From assembly GCA_043811375.1 (NCBI GenBank), contig JBDRNJ010000021.1:33937-97936 (forward strand): DNA of 64,000 bases. Reading direction: 5' to 3'. The notes under the pieces were generated by a model, which did no database searches, was not told the origin of the DNA, and saw nothing but the letters and a program-made list of their open reading frames with translations. A program made the position numbers and the translations under genes. This stretch comes from a bacterium. GTDB lineage: Bacteria; Zixibacteria; MSB-5A5; GN15; FEB-12. Below are positions 18,900 through 28,303 of this stretch, in pieces (within the stretch, counting starts at the first letter, position 1; every line of letters begins with the position of its first letter).

Positions 18900-21800
18900 A
18901 ACCCGGCCACCATTTCTCCCCGGGCCGTGACCCGAGCCCGGCGATCATCGGAGTGTCGCCCGGATGCGGAAAGATTGCAGCGCAGGCCGTCCTTCAGACC
19001 GTAGCGCAATTCGACGGACCAGACGGCGCCGCGTTTGCCCAATCGATTTCCCGTCAGCAGGAAGGACGGGAACGCCGTAGTGTCGGTGAGATGCTGGTAA
19101 TAGAACTCAACGGAGGCACGCAAATGGGCTTTCCCGGTCGTCCGTAACCGGGTTTCCAGTTGAAGGGCGTATATTTCCGATTTGTCCTCATCCGGCGTAG
19201 TGGCTCGTCGATAGCTGCCGCCGGTTGAGACCTCGTGCGAGGAAAACTGTTGTTTGACGGTGATGCCGCTCTTGTAACCACGCACCCGACCGCCGCCGGT
19301 GAAGTATTCGTCCCGTTCGCTTTCAAACAGTTCCAGGCTTTCGGAGAAGTAGGTGTTCTTTACGGTCTGTCTGACAATAAGCCGCGCTGAGCCGAGGTAA
19401 CGTTCTTTGGTGCCGCCGCCAGGGGAGCGCTGTTCCCGATCCTCGGACAGGGTTATGTTCACTACATGGCTGCCGCGCAGCCGAATCAGGTGCAGGTCGA
19501 AATCGTATCGGCGCGAGTAGTACAGGTAAGGCTGGTTGTTATCGGAAAAGAAGGGCAGCAGCCACCAGATTGATCGACGACCCTCGGCGAGAAGTTCCTC
19601 ACGCACTGCCGAGTGACATCGCACCAGGGCTACCTTGAAGTCCTTCGTCATTTGAAAGCTCTTCTCGCCACGGGAAACTCGCGACAGCCCGGAGAGAATC
19701 TCTTCCGCACGAATATAATTGCCGTCCTGATCCGGCAGGTAGGCGCCATCTTCAAGGATATAATGTCCCTGCCCGGGTTCGACTTCAAGGTAGGTAACGC
19801 CTCGGGCATGGCGCGTTTCTTCCGACAGGGTATAGGAGGTGCTTATCTGCAGCCGCCGGGGAAGGTTGTCATACGACAGATGTAACTGTCCCAGGAAACT
19901 CGTCTCTCTGATGTCGGTCTGCAGCAGCCACTGGTTGGTCAGCCGGACATTGCCGGTAAGGTTGCCCATTCTGCGATTGGCACCGGCGGAGAGACGGTGG
20001 CGCGAGAGATGCCACAACCAGTCATCGGTGAGTGAGTCCTCCGAGAAGTATTCATAAGCCAGTGTTTCTCGCCTGCTCTCCAGCATCAATCGAGATCGTT
20101 GGTAACGAGTCCCCCGGGGTTCTCCGGAATAGTCGTTTTCGCGCTGGTCGTGTTCATACTCGGTTCGCAGGTTCAGTTGCGGTAGCGGCCGGTAGCCCAT
20201 ACCGGCGCCATAGGTTTTTGCTTGTGCCTGTGGTGACTCGGTGCTGTGGTCACTGGCCGTTGAGGTAGCTTGGAAAGTCAGGGTCGTCTCCAGCCGTCGA
20301 TGCGGCACGATCCGGATATCGGCACCTCCATGTAATGATGTCAACCCGGAAGAGTACTCGAGTCGTGACGCTCTCGGTGACAGCGTAAGTGCAGACATCG
20401 GACTGACGGTCATATCAAACTGGTGCAGACTTTCGTCACCGACGACAGCACTGTCATTATCCGGCAGAAGAAACCGGCGGTGGAAATCTGCGGCGTAGAG
20501 TCGGCCTCGTGAATGGAAACGAGCTTCTTTATGTCGCGTCTTGAAAGTGTAGTGGTTGGGTTGGTCATGCCACTGCCATTGGCGTTGTGCCTGCGCCAGG
20601 TAATAGGCCCCGCGATTGTCCTGGTCGTCGCGGTCGGAGAAAAGATTGCGGTCGTAAACGGTCTGGCGTATTTCGGCCGTTACCTCACCGGCCAGGTGGT
20701 GACGCAGGCCGAAGCGGGTTCGGTAGTAGTCGGTCCGGGTCGGTATCGGCACTACCACCACCGGCAGGTAATCACCCAGTCCGCGACCGATAAATTCATA
20801 TCGATCTCCGCCCAGGAATCGATAGTCACCTTCCCCGGCGCCGACATAACTGAAGTGAATCCGGAAGCGCAACGAATCATCGCCCGTGTCCTCTCCGGCG
20901 TACCGGTAAACCGAATCGGGCAGGCTGTCGATCTCCAGCAGATAGTTGCCGCTGCTGTCCGGGGTCGCTCCGCTGCGCCGGGACAGATGGGAGCTGTCTC
21001 CGGCGGCGGCGAGGATGTCCTTTTCGAGGTCCGATAGATCACCCCTTACCGGCAGGTTGTGATCATCCCCTTCCCGGAGATATTCCATAGCGACAAAAAA
21101 GGTGGAATCGCCGATACTGGCGCCGCCGCCAAGCGAATACAGTTCACCACGGTAATCGGTTTCACGTGGTTCGTAGTCAACCTCGATGCGACTGCGGCGA
21201 TCGATCGGATGAGCCGCGCTGAAGGTGATCCGTCCGGTAGGATAGTCAATGGTGTAGTCTTTATCCGAACCGGGCAGCAGCTGTCGGCCATCCAGCCAGA
21301 CCTGTTCGGAACCGGGAACGATCGGTCGTACCGCCGTTCCTTCACCTACCTGGTAGGGTCCCTGCAGACCGTCGAGGGGAGTCAGTCGTTGGGTATGGAA
21401 AGTGCCCTTGGGTCTGGCAGCCACTGTCTGGACATACCAGTGTGATGTTTGCAGGGTGGCGCCGGCGCCGGTAACTCTCTTGGACCGTGGGGGACCGATA
21501 TCCAGACGACCGGCGACGACTATGTCACCCACCTGGGCCTGCACCAGCGACGAGCGTAGCCGCAGGTTGATTCGGTCCAGTTCGTTGAGACGACTGTTGA
21601 CCGGACCGTATGATGGGCTGTAACCCCGATCGGATATGGCGCCGCTGATTTCGACACCACTGGAAAGTTCACCCCGCAGCCGCAGGTCCAGCGACTGACT
21701 GAAACTGGACGCGCCGGTCGACCGGGCGGTGAACTGAAATGACTTGGCTCCGGTGATATTGATATCGGTTCCCTGACGTTCCCTGACCGGTATTTCCGAC

Positions 21801-22210
21801 GAAGGTTCGGGTCTTATCCAGGCGGTCGTTCGCGGCACCGGCGGTGGCAGAGCACGGCCATAAGAGCGGCTTATCCAATCCGGTAGCGGCTCATACGTCA
21901 CCAACAATGTGTCATGGACACCACGTTTCAGACGGGATAAATCAAATTGTAACAGGGACTCATCCCAGGAAAAGTCGGTGTCTCGGCTTAAAAGTTGTCC
22001 GTTGAGGTAGAGCGAATCCGATCCGGAGAAGAAACGTTGCTGATCCAGCGACAGATGAACCGGGATTTCATCGTCGGTCAGCACCAACTCCATGTGAGAA
22101 GCGACCGTAACCGTTGACAAAGTCAGCAGGACGACCAGGAAAGAGATAATTGTCGTCGGTCGCCGCTGCATAGGTCCGGTTCTTACTGTTGACGGAGAAT
22201 TATGCGACAC
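18896..22210 (-). CDS. Large hypothetical outer membrane (probable beta-barrel) protein
   Basis: Signal peptide, alternating amphipathic strands in the C-terminal half, terminal Phe; internal GSEQVWLDG...DYTIDYPTGRITF motif. Confidence 0.7.
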   Translation of the reverse strand: MSHNSPSTVRTGPMQRRPTTIISFLVVLLTLSTVTVASHMELVLTDDEIPVHLSLDQQRFFSGSDSLYLNGQLLSRDTDFSWDESLLQFDLSRLKRGVHDTLLVTYEPLPDWISRSYGRALPPPVPRTTAWIRPEPSSEIPVRERQGTDINITGAKSFQFTARSTGASSFSQSLDLRLRGELSSGVEISGAISDRGYSPSYGPVNSRLNELDRINLRLRSSLVQAQVGDIVVAGRLDIGPPRSKRVTGAGATLQTSHWYVQTVAARPKGTFHTQRLTPLDGLQGPYQVGEGTAVRPIVPGSEQVWLDGRQLLPGSDKDYTIDYPTGRITFSAAHPIDRRSRIEVDYEPRETDYRGELYSLGGGASIGDSTFFVAMEYLREGDDHNLPVRGDLSDLEKDILAAAGDSSHLSRRSGATPDSSGNYLLEIDSLPDSVYRYAGEDTGDDSLRFRIHFSYVGAGEGDYRFLGGDRYEFIGRGLGDYLPVVVVPIPTRTDYYRTRFGLRHHLAGEVTAEIRQTVYDRNLFSDRDDQDNRGAYYLAQAQRQWQWHDQPNHYTFKTRHKEARFHSRGRLYAADFHRRFLLPDNDSAVVGDESLHQFDMTVSPMSALTLSPRASRLEYSSGLTSLHGGADIRIVPHRRLETTLTFQATSTASDHSTESPQAQAKTYGAGMGYRPLPQLNLRTEYEHDQRENDYSGEPRGTRYQRSRLMLESRRETLAYEYFSEDSLTDDWLWHLSRHRLSAGANRRMGNLTGNVRLTNQWLLQTDIRETSFLGQLHLSYDNLPRRLQISTSYTLSEETRHARGVTYLEVEPGQGHYILEDGAYLPDQDGNYIRAEEILSGLSRVSRGEKSFQMTKDFKVALVRCHSAVREELLAEGRRSIWWLLPFFSDNNQPYLYYSRRYDFDLHLIRLRGSHVVNITLSEDREQRSPGGGTKERYLGSARLIVRQTVKNTYFSESLELFESERDEYFTGGGRVRGYKSGITVKQQFSSHEVSTGGSYRRATTPDEDKSEIYALQLETRLRTTGKAHLRASVEFYYQHLTDTTAFPSFLLTGNRLGKRGAVWSVELRYGLKDGLRCNLSASGRHSDDRRARVTARGEMVAGF

Positions 22211-23139
22211 AACAACAGACGATTATTGCCGGTATCGGCAATAATCAGCCGCCCGTCACGCAGCATTGCAATGTCCGATGGTTCCTTAAGAGGTTGGCCG
22301 TTTCCCACCAAAAGTGGTCCGGTTTGGAGCAACCGGTGTCCCCGTCGGTCGAAACGGAAGACCCTGTTGGTGGCACGATCCAACAGCCAGATGCCGTCGG
22401 TGTCGGCAGCGGCCGCCACCGGATAGTCCAGTTCCGGATCAAGTACGTCGCGCACGAAGTTGCCGTACTCATCGTAGATAATTACCCGGCTGTTACCGGC
22501 ATCGCAGACAATAAAACCGCCTCGGGGGCTGCGCAGGATTTTCTCAGGGTTCAGTAGCTGCCCTCCCGGGTCACCGAAGTCACCGACAAACCGATCAAAC
22601 CCGCCAATGTTGCTGAACAAGGCAATTCGGTTTCTATCGCGGTCGGCAGCCCAGATTTCGCCATAGTCGGTGACTGCCACCCCGGAGGGATGCCCGAACC
22701 GCAGCGGTTCTTCGTCGTCAAAGAAGGGCAATGTTTCCACAAACTGAAGTTGTGAGTTGTAGCGACAAATACGGCGGTTCCCCTGATCGCAGACCAGCAG
22801 ATTGAGATCGTTGTCTATGGTAATGAAAGCCGGTCGGTTGAAGGCTCCCTCGTGTGATCCGAGACCACCGATCTCGGCCTCGGCGCTGAAATCCGACCCC
22901 AGTCTGATAATGCGGTTGTTGCCGGCATCACAGACATAGACCAGACCCCGCGAGTCCACAGCCAGACCCCGTGGATGCTGCAGGGGTTTCCCCAATAAAG
23001 GACCGGCGATTTCCCGTTCGACCAGCAGACCCATTGCCGTTGCACCGGGGCTTTCCTGTTTCAATTGGGGTTGAGGGTGGCGGCCACACGACACCAGCAA
23101 CAGCAGCACTGCCAGGAATGGTTGTGGCCAGGCGTTCAT
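22183..23139 (-). CDS. NHL-repeat (6-bladed beta-propeller) lipoprotein
   Basis: Lipobox LVSC; repeats P.G.A.D..G..YVCDAGNNRI. Confidence 0.9.
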   Translation of the reverse strand: MNAWPQPFLAVLLLLVSCGRHPQPQLKQESPGATAMGLLVEREIAGPLLGKPLQHPRGLAVDSRGLVYVCDAGNNRIIRLGSDFSAEAEIGGLGSHEGAFNRPAFITIDNDLNLLVCDQGNRRICRYNSQLQFVETLPFFDDEEPLRFGHPSGVAVTDYGEIWAADRDRNRIALFSNIGGFDRFVGDFGDPGGQLLNPEKILRSPRGGFIVCDAGNSRVIIYDEYGNFVRDVLDPELDYPVAAAADTDGIWLLDRATNRVFRFDRRGHRLLQTGPLLVGNGQPLKEPSDIAMLRDGRLIIADTGNNRLLLCRIILRQQ

Positions 23140-23148
23140 CCGGCCCGT

Positions 23149-23949
23149 TTAGAATGGTGTGGCGAACGTGAGATTGACCTGCCGACGGCCGGCCAGTGGA
23201 TTAACTTCCAGGCGCCAGGATGATCCGCCGGTGGCGCCAAAAGTATCGTCGAACGCTCGTCGTGAGCGGCGGGCGTCACGGACGGCATCGATTACCGACG
23301 CCACCCGGTTGAGAATAGCCAGGCCGATCATGAATTCCGCTCGCCGCCCAGCTTCGTGGCTGCGGTTCTTCAGATGCCGATAAATGGTCCGGTCCTGCTG
23401 ATTCTTCCAGCGCCAGTGGTTGGCGCGGTTGTCGTCCAGATAGGGGCGGTCCGGGTCGTACACGCGGCCGAAAGAATTGTATTCGTCGATGTCATCATAG
23501 AATCCGACTATATCCCTAAACCATTGGTCCTTGCCGTGCAGGTCGGCGCCGGCCCGTTCGGCGGCAAAACGAATGTAGTCATTCTCCTTCCAGTTGCCGT
23601 AGATGGTAAAGCTGGCGAAGCCGATCCAGCTTAGAGCCTCAACAGCGAAGAAAACCCGGGCCTTGCGCTTATGCCCGACATAATACTCACCCCATCCCGG
23701 AAGCAGCACCGAGTACAGGGCGGCCTTGCCGACTGACTTCCTCTGATCGTCGTCTTTGCCCCACTGGAGTCCGTCACCTTCATCCCAGTTCTCACCACCG
23801 GCGTAGAATTGGCTTCCCGTGCCGGTGGCCAGGCGGGTCTGCAGGGCGGATTGTATCGGTGTCGGTTTCAACTCTACGGCGGACGTGCCGCCGGTCAGTA
23901 ACAGCGCTATTGCCGGGATCAGCAATGTCAACCTGGTCACGGGGCACAC
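23149..23949 (-). CDS. Hypothetical exported/membrane protein (DUF5683/TM2-like motif)
   Basis: Signal peptide; KSVGKAALYSVLLPGWGEYYVG; C-terminal beta-strand ending in F. Confidence 0.7.
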   Translation of the reverse strand: MCPVTRLTLLIPAIALLLTGGTSAVELKPTPIQSALQTRLATGTGSQFYAGGENWDEGDGLQWGKDDDQRKSVGKAALYSVLLPGWGEYYVGHKRKARVFFAVEALSWIGFASFTIYGNWKENDYIRFAAERAGADLHGKDQWFRDIVGFYDDIDEYNSFGRVYDPDRPYLDDNRANHWRWKNQQDRTIYRHLKNRSHEAGRRAEFMIGLAILNRVASVIDAVRDARRSRRAFDDTFGATGGSSWRLEVNPLAGRRQVNLTFATPF

Positions 23950-23951
23950 CT

Positions 23952-24944
23952 CTAAAACTTGTAGCTGAAGGTTACAAAGGGTGTGTCGCCGAAATTATAA
24001 ACTGACTTCAGCCGGGGCTTCACGTCCAATCGCGAGATGTCCCAGGTCTCGTTTTTGATCTTGTTGTTCTGTCTTTTGACCGTGAAGAAAGCCTCAAAGG
24101 CGCTGATCAACCGGTTGGCCAACGACGCAAAGATCATGCGGCGAGCTTTGTCGAAACGCTTGTTGGCGGTGTGGCGCATCCCTTCGTAGGTATCCCGATT
24201 GGCCGAGGTCGGTACGTCTTTGACATCCAGAGTTGTAGGCGGTGGGTCGTACTGGCTGAAATTGTCCAGAGAGTCGCCACCCAGTTTGGCATCATCCCAC
24301 CCCCAGGCGAACTGGTCGTATTTGCCGGTCATCTCGTAGTACTGCTGATTTCTCTCGTCCGGCAAGTGGTGCATAATCTCAGTGGATTTAATAATGTCGT
24401 CGTCGCCGACAATACCGGCGGAATCGATATCGGCCAGGCTGTCAAGTTCATGATACTCCAGCAACTGATCCCTGTACGTCCAGCGCAGTTGTCTTTCATA
24501 GTTAGCCGGCAGCCAGTGCTCCTGGTTGAACTCTTCGTAGTCGCTGGTCAGGTCATCACCCTGACCGTTCCACTTGAAGTACAGCACCCAGGTGGTAACC
24601 TCTAACGAGAAAAAGACAAACGGTTTGATCTTGCTCCCATAGTAACGTTGCCCCAGTCCGGGAATGGCCAGTGAATAGAAAAACGCCCGTCCCGGCGACT
24701 TGACTTCGGGCTTGTCGCCACCGGTTATGATCCCGGACAGATCCTCAGGGTCGTTCGGGGTAGTGTTTTCATCGGTTGCCTGGAAAGCTGAAAGGTACTT
24801 GATCCGATTCTGTTCACGATCGAACAGAGACTGTTTGAGTTCCACTGCGGAGACAGTGTTGACGGTCAGAACGGCCGTCATGGTTGTTAGCAGGGCAAGG
24901 CATCTTGGGGTCATTGTTTTCTTCCTTTTGTTGTCCGTCGTCAT
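23952..24944 (-). CDS. Hypothetical exported/membrane protein (DUF5683/TM2-like motif), paralog of the neighbour
   Basis: Signal peptide; KSPGRAFFYSLAIPGLGQRYYG; QYYEMTGKYDQF..GW; ends FSYKF. Confidence 0.7.
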   Translation of the reverse strand: MTTDNKRKKTMTPRCLALLTTMTAVLTVNTVSAVELKQSLFDREQNRIKYLSAFQATDENTTPNDPEDLSGIITGGDKPEVKSPGRAFFYSLAIPGLGQRYYGSKIKPFVFFSLEVTTWVLYFKWNGQGDDLTSDYEEFNQEHWLPANYERQLRWTYRDQLLEYHELDSLADIDSAGIVGDDDIIKSTEIMHHLPDERNQQYYEMTGKYDQFAWGWDDAKLGGDSLDNFSQYDPPPTTLDVKDVPTSANRDTYEGMRHTANKRFDKARRMIFASLANRLISAFEAFFTVKRQNNKIKNETWDISRLDVKPRLKSVYNFGDTPFVTFSYKF

Positions 24945-27900
24945 CTAATGACGGCGATATCTGTAAAGGCGGTCTCAATCTGACCGCCGAAGTCAACTTC
25001 CAGGACACAACGGTATACACCGGGTGTAACATCAGAACAATTCCAGACGAGATCATCGTGGTCGATGCCGCCGGATATACCGGAACTGGTCAGGGCCGCC
25101 ACCTGAACGCCGGACAGATCATAAATCTTCGCTTCAACCCGCTCGGCATTCTCACCGAGGAAATACCTGATAGTAGTCTGCCCGTCTATGACCGGGTTGG
25201 GGTAGTTATAAAATCGCTCTTCCGGCAGCAGAGTGGTATATTTCTCGGGACTGGAAAGGCCGGACGACTCGAAGGCATACGAAGCTTCGGGGTCGTGTCC
25301 GTTCATGGGCCAGTAATTCGTGATTGTATCGAGGTCCACTTCCCAGGAATAAAACCAGCCGTCGGAGCCCAGGTAGCCTAACTTGCCGCCGGTGTAATCG
25401 GAGAATATCACCGGTGAGCCAGCCCCATAGTAGCCACCGATCCAGACCGTGGCATCAGTACCGCGCACCTGTTCGCCGCCCGACAGGGGGAAACCATACG
25501 ACAGGTCGGGTCCGAACGAATAGACGTTGCCGACAAAAGTCGGAAAGATTACTTCCGGTGGACCACCCCGGCGGATGTCGGCCAGCACCGGCGCCGCTTC
25601 AACCCGATCGTTGGGGAAACGGTCGTTGATTTCGATGGGGAAATCGGTCATGAGGGTCAGTTCCCGGTTGAAAGCGAGGATGGTGTTGAAGCCACCGACG
25701 ATTATGTCCGGGTAACCGTTGTTGTCGATATCTCCGGCTACCGGGTTGGTTGTTATTCCAAAGCCGGTTTCCTTTTCGTGGAGTATCGCAAAAGTCGGGG
25801 GTGTCGAACCGGTGTCGATCGTAACCACGATAGCCTGCCCGTCAGGTGAAAAAGCGGTTAACTCCGGAGTGTCATCGCGATTCAGATCCACTACCAGCGG
25901 ACCGTAATTGAAGTAACTGCCGAGAGAAAACGAGTCAGTTTCGACACCGTCAAAGCAGTACAGCCAGGTTACAGCAGCGTCTCCGGCCATGACCACCAAC
26001 CGGTCGCCGAGGCGACAGAGCCCGTGGTACTCGTCATTAGTGACCGTGCCGAGTACGACGGCCGATGATTGCAGGCCGTCTTTAAGATAGACCTGGCCCT
26101 GGTCGGTCAGGGCATAGAGAACAGTGCCGAAAGAAAGCGCTATCGGCGTCCCCTGGGTGGCAATCTGTCCGGCCGGATCAGCCTGGCCATCCAGGTTATT
26201 GTCGTGCAGAGCCCGAATGTCGACTCGTCCGTTGTTGCTGCCGGTGGCATAACCGAAGGCTACGAAACGGTTGGTGTCGGTTAGGCCGAAATCCCCCGTT
26301 ACCGGTCCGGCGCTGATCATGTCGGTTGATACCTGGGCGTACATCGGCAGCGGAAAGCGTCGGCTGTCGGCCGGGTAAACGCTGGCGACAGTAGTGTCAT
26401 AGTATAGGGGGCAGGACGTGCATCCGGTGTAATTACGCAGGAAGTTCTCACCGGTTGTTGTGATTGCCAGCAGATTCGGCCCGGACACGACAATGATCTC
26501 ATCAGTGCCGTCACGATCCAGATCGTCGACTATCGGTGACAGGCCGATCAGCGGACGCCCGGCGCGGACCGGGTAACCGGTAGTCAGCCATTCCGTCTCC
26601 ACATCAAACTCCATCACCGTGTCCAGCAGCACCGGGATACCGGTAATCATAGCCGTATCACGCGTGATGCCGGTAATGTAAATGTGTGTATTGTTGCCGG
26701 AGTTGTCGATTGTGGCCGGGTTGGTGTTGGGTGTAAACGAGTTAGTGCGGTCGTCACGGAACATGTCCTCAGGTTTACCCCAACCCGAGCGATAGTAGCC
26801 GCCAAAATTAATCAGGCCGTCGGCCTCGATCAGTGTTATGAACTTGCGGCCGGGTCGCTGCTGTCTGACGTAATCCCAGGTCCATTGCAGGTCGTTGTCA
26901 TCGAAATTATTCAGGCCGTCACCGTCGTAGTCCAGCCCGGCAACCGCCTCGTCAACCAGGTAAATCAGCATCCCGCCACCGGGCATGAGAAAATCGTACT
27001 CGCCGGTGTATTCGCGATTATAATTGATCGGTCCCAGGAAGACGTTGGTGTTGGAGTCAACCCGCATGGCGGTGAGCTGACCGTCGGTTTCCACCAGCCG
27101 GTTTTCAATCAGGTAGTACTCGTTTTCCGATATCGGCACCCGGGCCACCTTGATGCCCAGTGAGGCCACTTCCGCCGCGACTATCCGGATATCACTGCCC
27201 TGGCGGTAGTCGTGTACCTCGACATATCCCAGGAAGGCGCGCGACCAGGCCGTTGGATAGAGCGGTATCGCTCCAAACACTTGTCCCACCGGGTAGTTAA
27301 AGTCGACACCGGTGCCGAAACCGTTGTTGTCCATCAGTGCAAAATCGCCCAATTGCGACATGAATGTCTGTGTGTTGTAAAAGTCGACCAGCCCCAACTG
27401 ATGACCGAACTCGTGCGCCAGGACGGCGTTCAGGGCAGTCGCCCGGTTATCCTGGCTGGCCGCTTCGGGCATCATCAACGCCGTACGCACGTAGTGGGTG
27501 CTGTCGTCAACGGCGATGGAATCGCCAAAAGCGATAAAGCCGGTGAACAGATCGGAACAACTGTTGTCCATCCAGTCCATCTGGCGATCCGTTCCAGCGT
27601 GGAACAGAATAATAGCCTCATAGTCGGAGAAATCAATCTCCGGGGACATGGCGTCGGCGGTTTGAATGCAATCAATGAAGTATTGCTCCAAACCCGATAC
27701 CACTAAGTTGAAGTCGCATTTTCCGTAGTGGTTCATTGGCTGCGGCAGCTGATAGACGTTGTCGTGTTTCGGCGGGAAGATATCCCAGGACAGTGTAATT
27801 TTGCTTTCCGATACCCACTCCCAGTAGCGTCGCAGGGCGCGCATGTGGGCGTCGAAATAGGCCGAGTCGTGCGGGGGAGGGTCCACCCAGTGCTTGACAC

Positions 27901-28297
27901 GATTGAAGTAGTTGATCGAGTCAACCGGATCGGCCATCGGATCGGAGAGGTCCATATGACCGTTGCCGGTGGTGTTGGGATCGTCCGGGATCTCCTGCTG
28001 GAAGTTGAACCGCAGCACCAGCACGTTGATCGTGTCCAGGAAAGTCGACTCCAGCGCCTGTTTGGGCAGCGACCAGGGATGTTTCCTTTCCAGAGCGGAA
28101 CCGCCGGGCTGGTAGCGATCCGGGGTCAGGCCGCGCCGGCTGATGCGGTTGTCACCGGGTGTCTCGGCTACTCGTTGCTTCTCCATTATCAGCAGCTTGT
28201 CCTCGGCAACCACGTTTGAAGTCGCCGCCATAACGGTCATGACGACAGCAGCCGCGACGATGGTGTACTTTCTTGTTCTCAGGGTCCTATCCTCCAC
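24941..28297 (-). CDS. M6 (immune inhibitor A-like) zinc metalloprotease with FG-GAP-like repeats and T9SS type A C-terminal domain
   Basis: ILFHAG, HEFGHQLGLVD (HExxHxxGxxD), EYYLIENR; DLDRDGTDEII-type repeats; CTD YNYPNP...KIYDLSG...PGVY. Confidence 0.88.
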   Translation of the reverse strand: MEDRTLRTRKYTIVAAAVVMTVMAATSNVVAEDKLLIMEKQRVAETPGDNRISRRGLTPDRYQPGGSALERKHPWSLPKQALESTFLDTINVLVLRFNFQQEIPDDPNTTGNGHMDLSDPMADPVDSINYFNRVKHWVDPPPHDSAYFDAHMRALRRYWEWVSESKITLSWDIFPPKHDNVYQLPQPMNHYGKCDFNLVVSGLEQYFIDCIQTADAMSPEIDFSDYEAIILFHAGTDRQMDWMDNSCSDLFTGFIAFGDSIAVDDSTHYVRTALMMPEAASQDNRATALNAVLAHEFGHQLGLVDFYNTQTFMSQLGDFALMDNNGFGTGVDFNYPVGQVFGAIPLYPTAWSRAFLGYVEVHDYRQGSDIRIVAAEVASLGIKVARVPISENEYYLIENRLVETDGQLTAMRVDSNTNVFLGPINYNREYTGEYDFLMPGGGMLIYLVDEAVAGLDYDGDGLNNFDDNDLQWTWDYVRQQRPGRKFITLIEADGLINFGGYYRSGWGKPEDMFRDDRTNSFTPNTNPATIDNSGNNTHIYITGITRDTAMITGIPVLLDTVMEFDVETEWLTTGYPVRAGRPLIGLSPIVDDLDRDGTDEIIVVSGPNLLAITTTGENFLRNYTGCTSCPLYYDTTVASVYPADSRRFPLPMYAQVSTDMISAGPVTGDFGLTDTNRFVAFGYATGSNNGRVDIRALHDNNLDGQADPAGQIATQGTPIALSFGTVLYALTDQGQVYLKDGLQSSAVVLGTVTNDEYHGLCRLGDRLVVMAGDAAVTWLYCFDGVETDSFSLGSYFNYGPLVVDLNRDDTPELTAFSPDGQAIVVTIDTGSTPPTFAILHEKETGFGITTNPVAGDIDNNGYPDIIVGGFNTILAFNRELTLMTDFPIEINDRFPNDRVEAAPVLADIRRGGPPEVIFPTFVGNVYSFGPDLSYGFPLSGGEQVRGTDATVWIGGYYGAGSPVIFSDYTGGKLGYLGSDGWFYSWEVDLDTITNYWPMNGHDPEASYAFESSGLSSPEKYTTLLPEERFYNYPNPVIDGQTTIRYFLGENAERVEAKIYDLSGVQVAALTSSGISGGIDHDDLVWNCSDVTPGVYRCVLEVDFGGQIETAFTDIAVIR

Positions 28298-28303
28298 AAG
28301 AAA

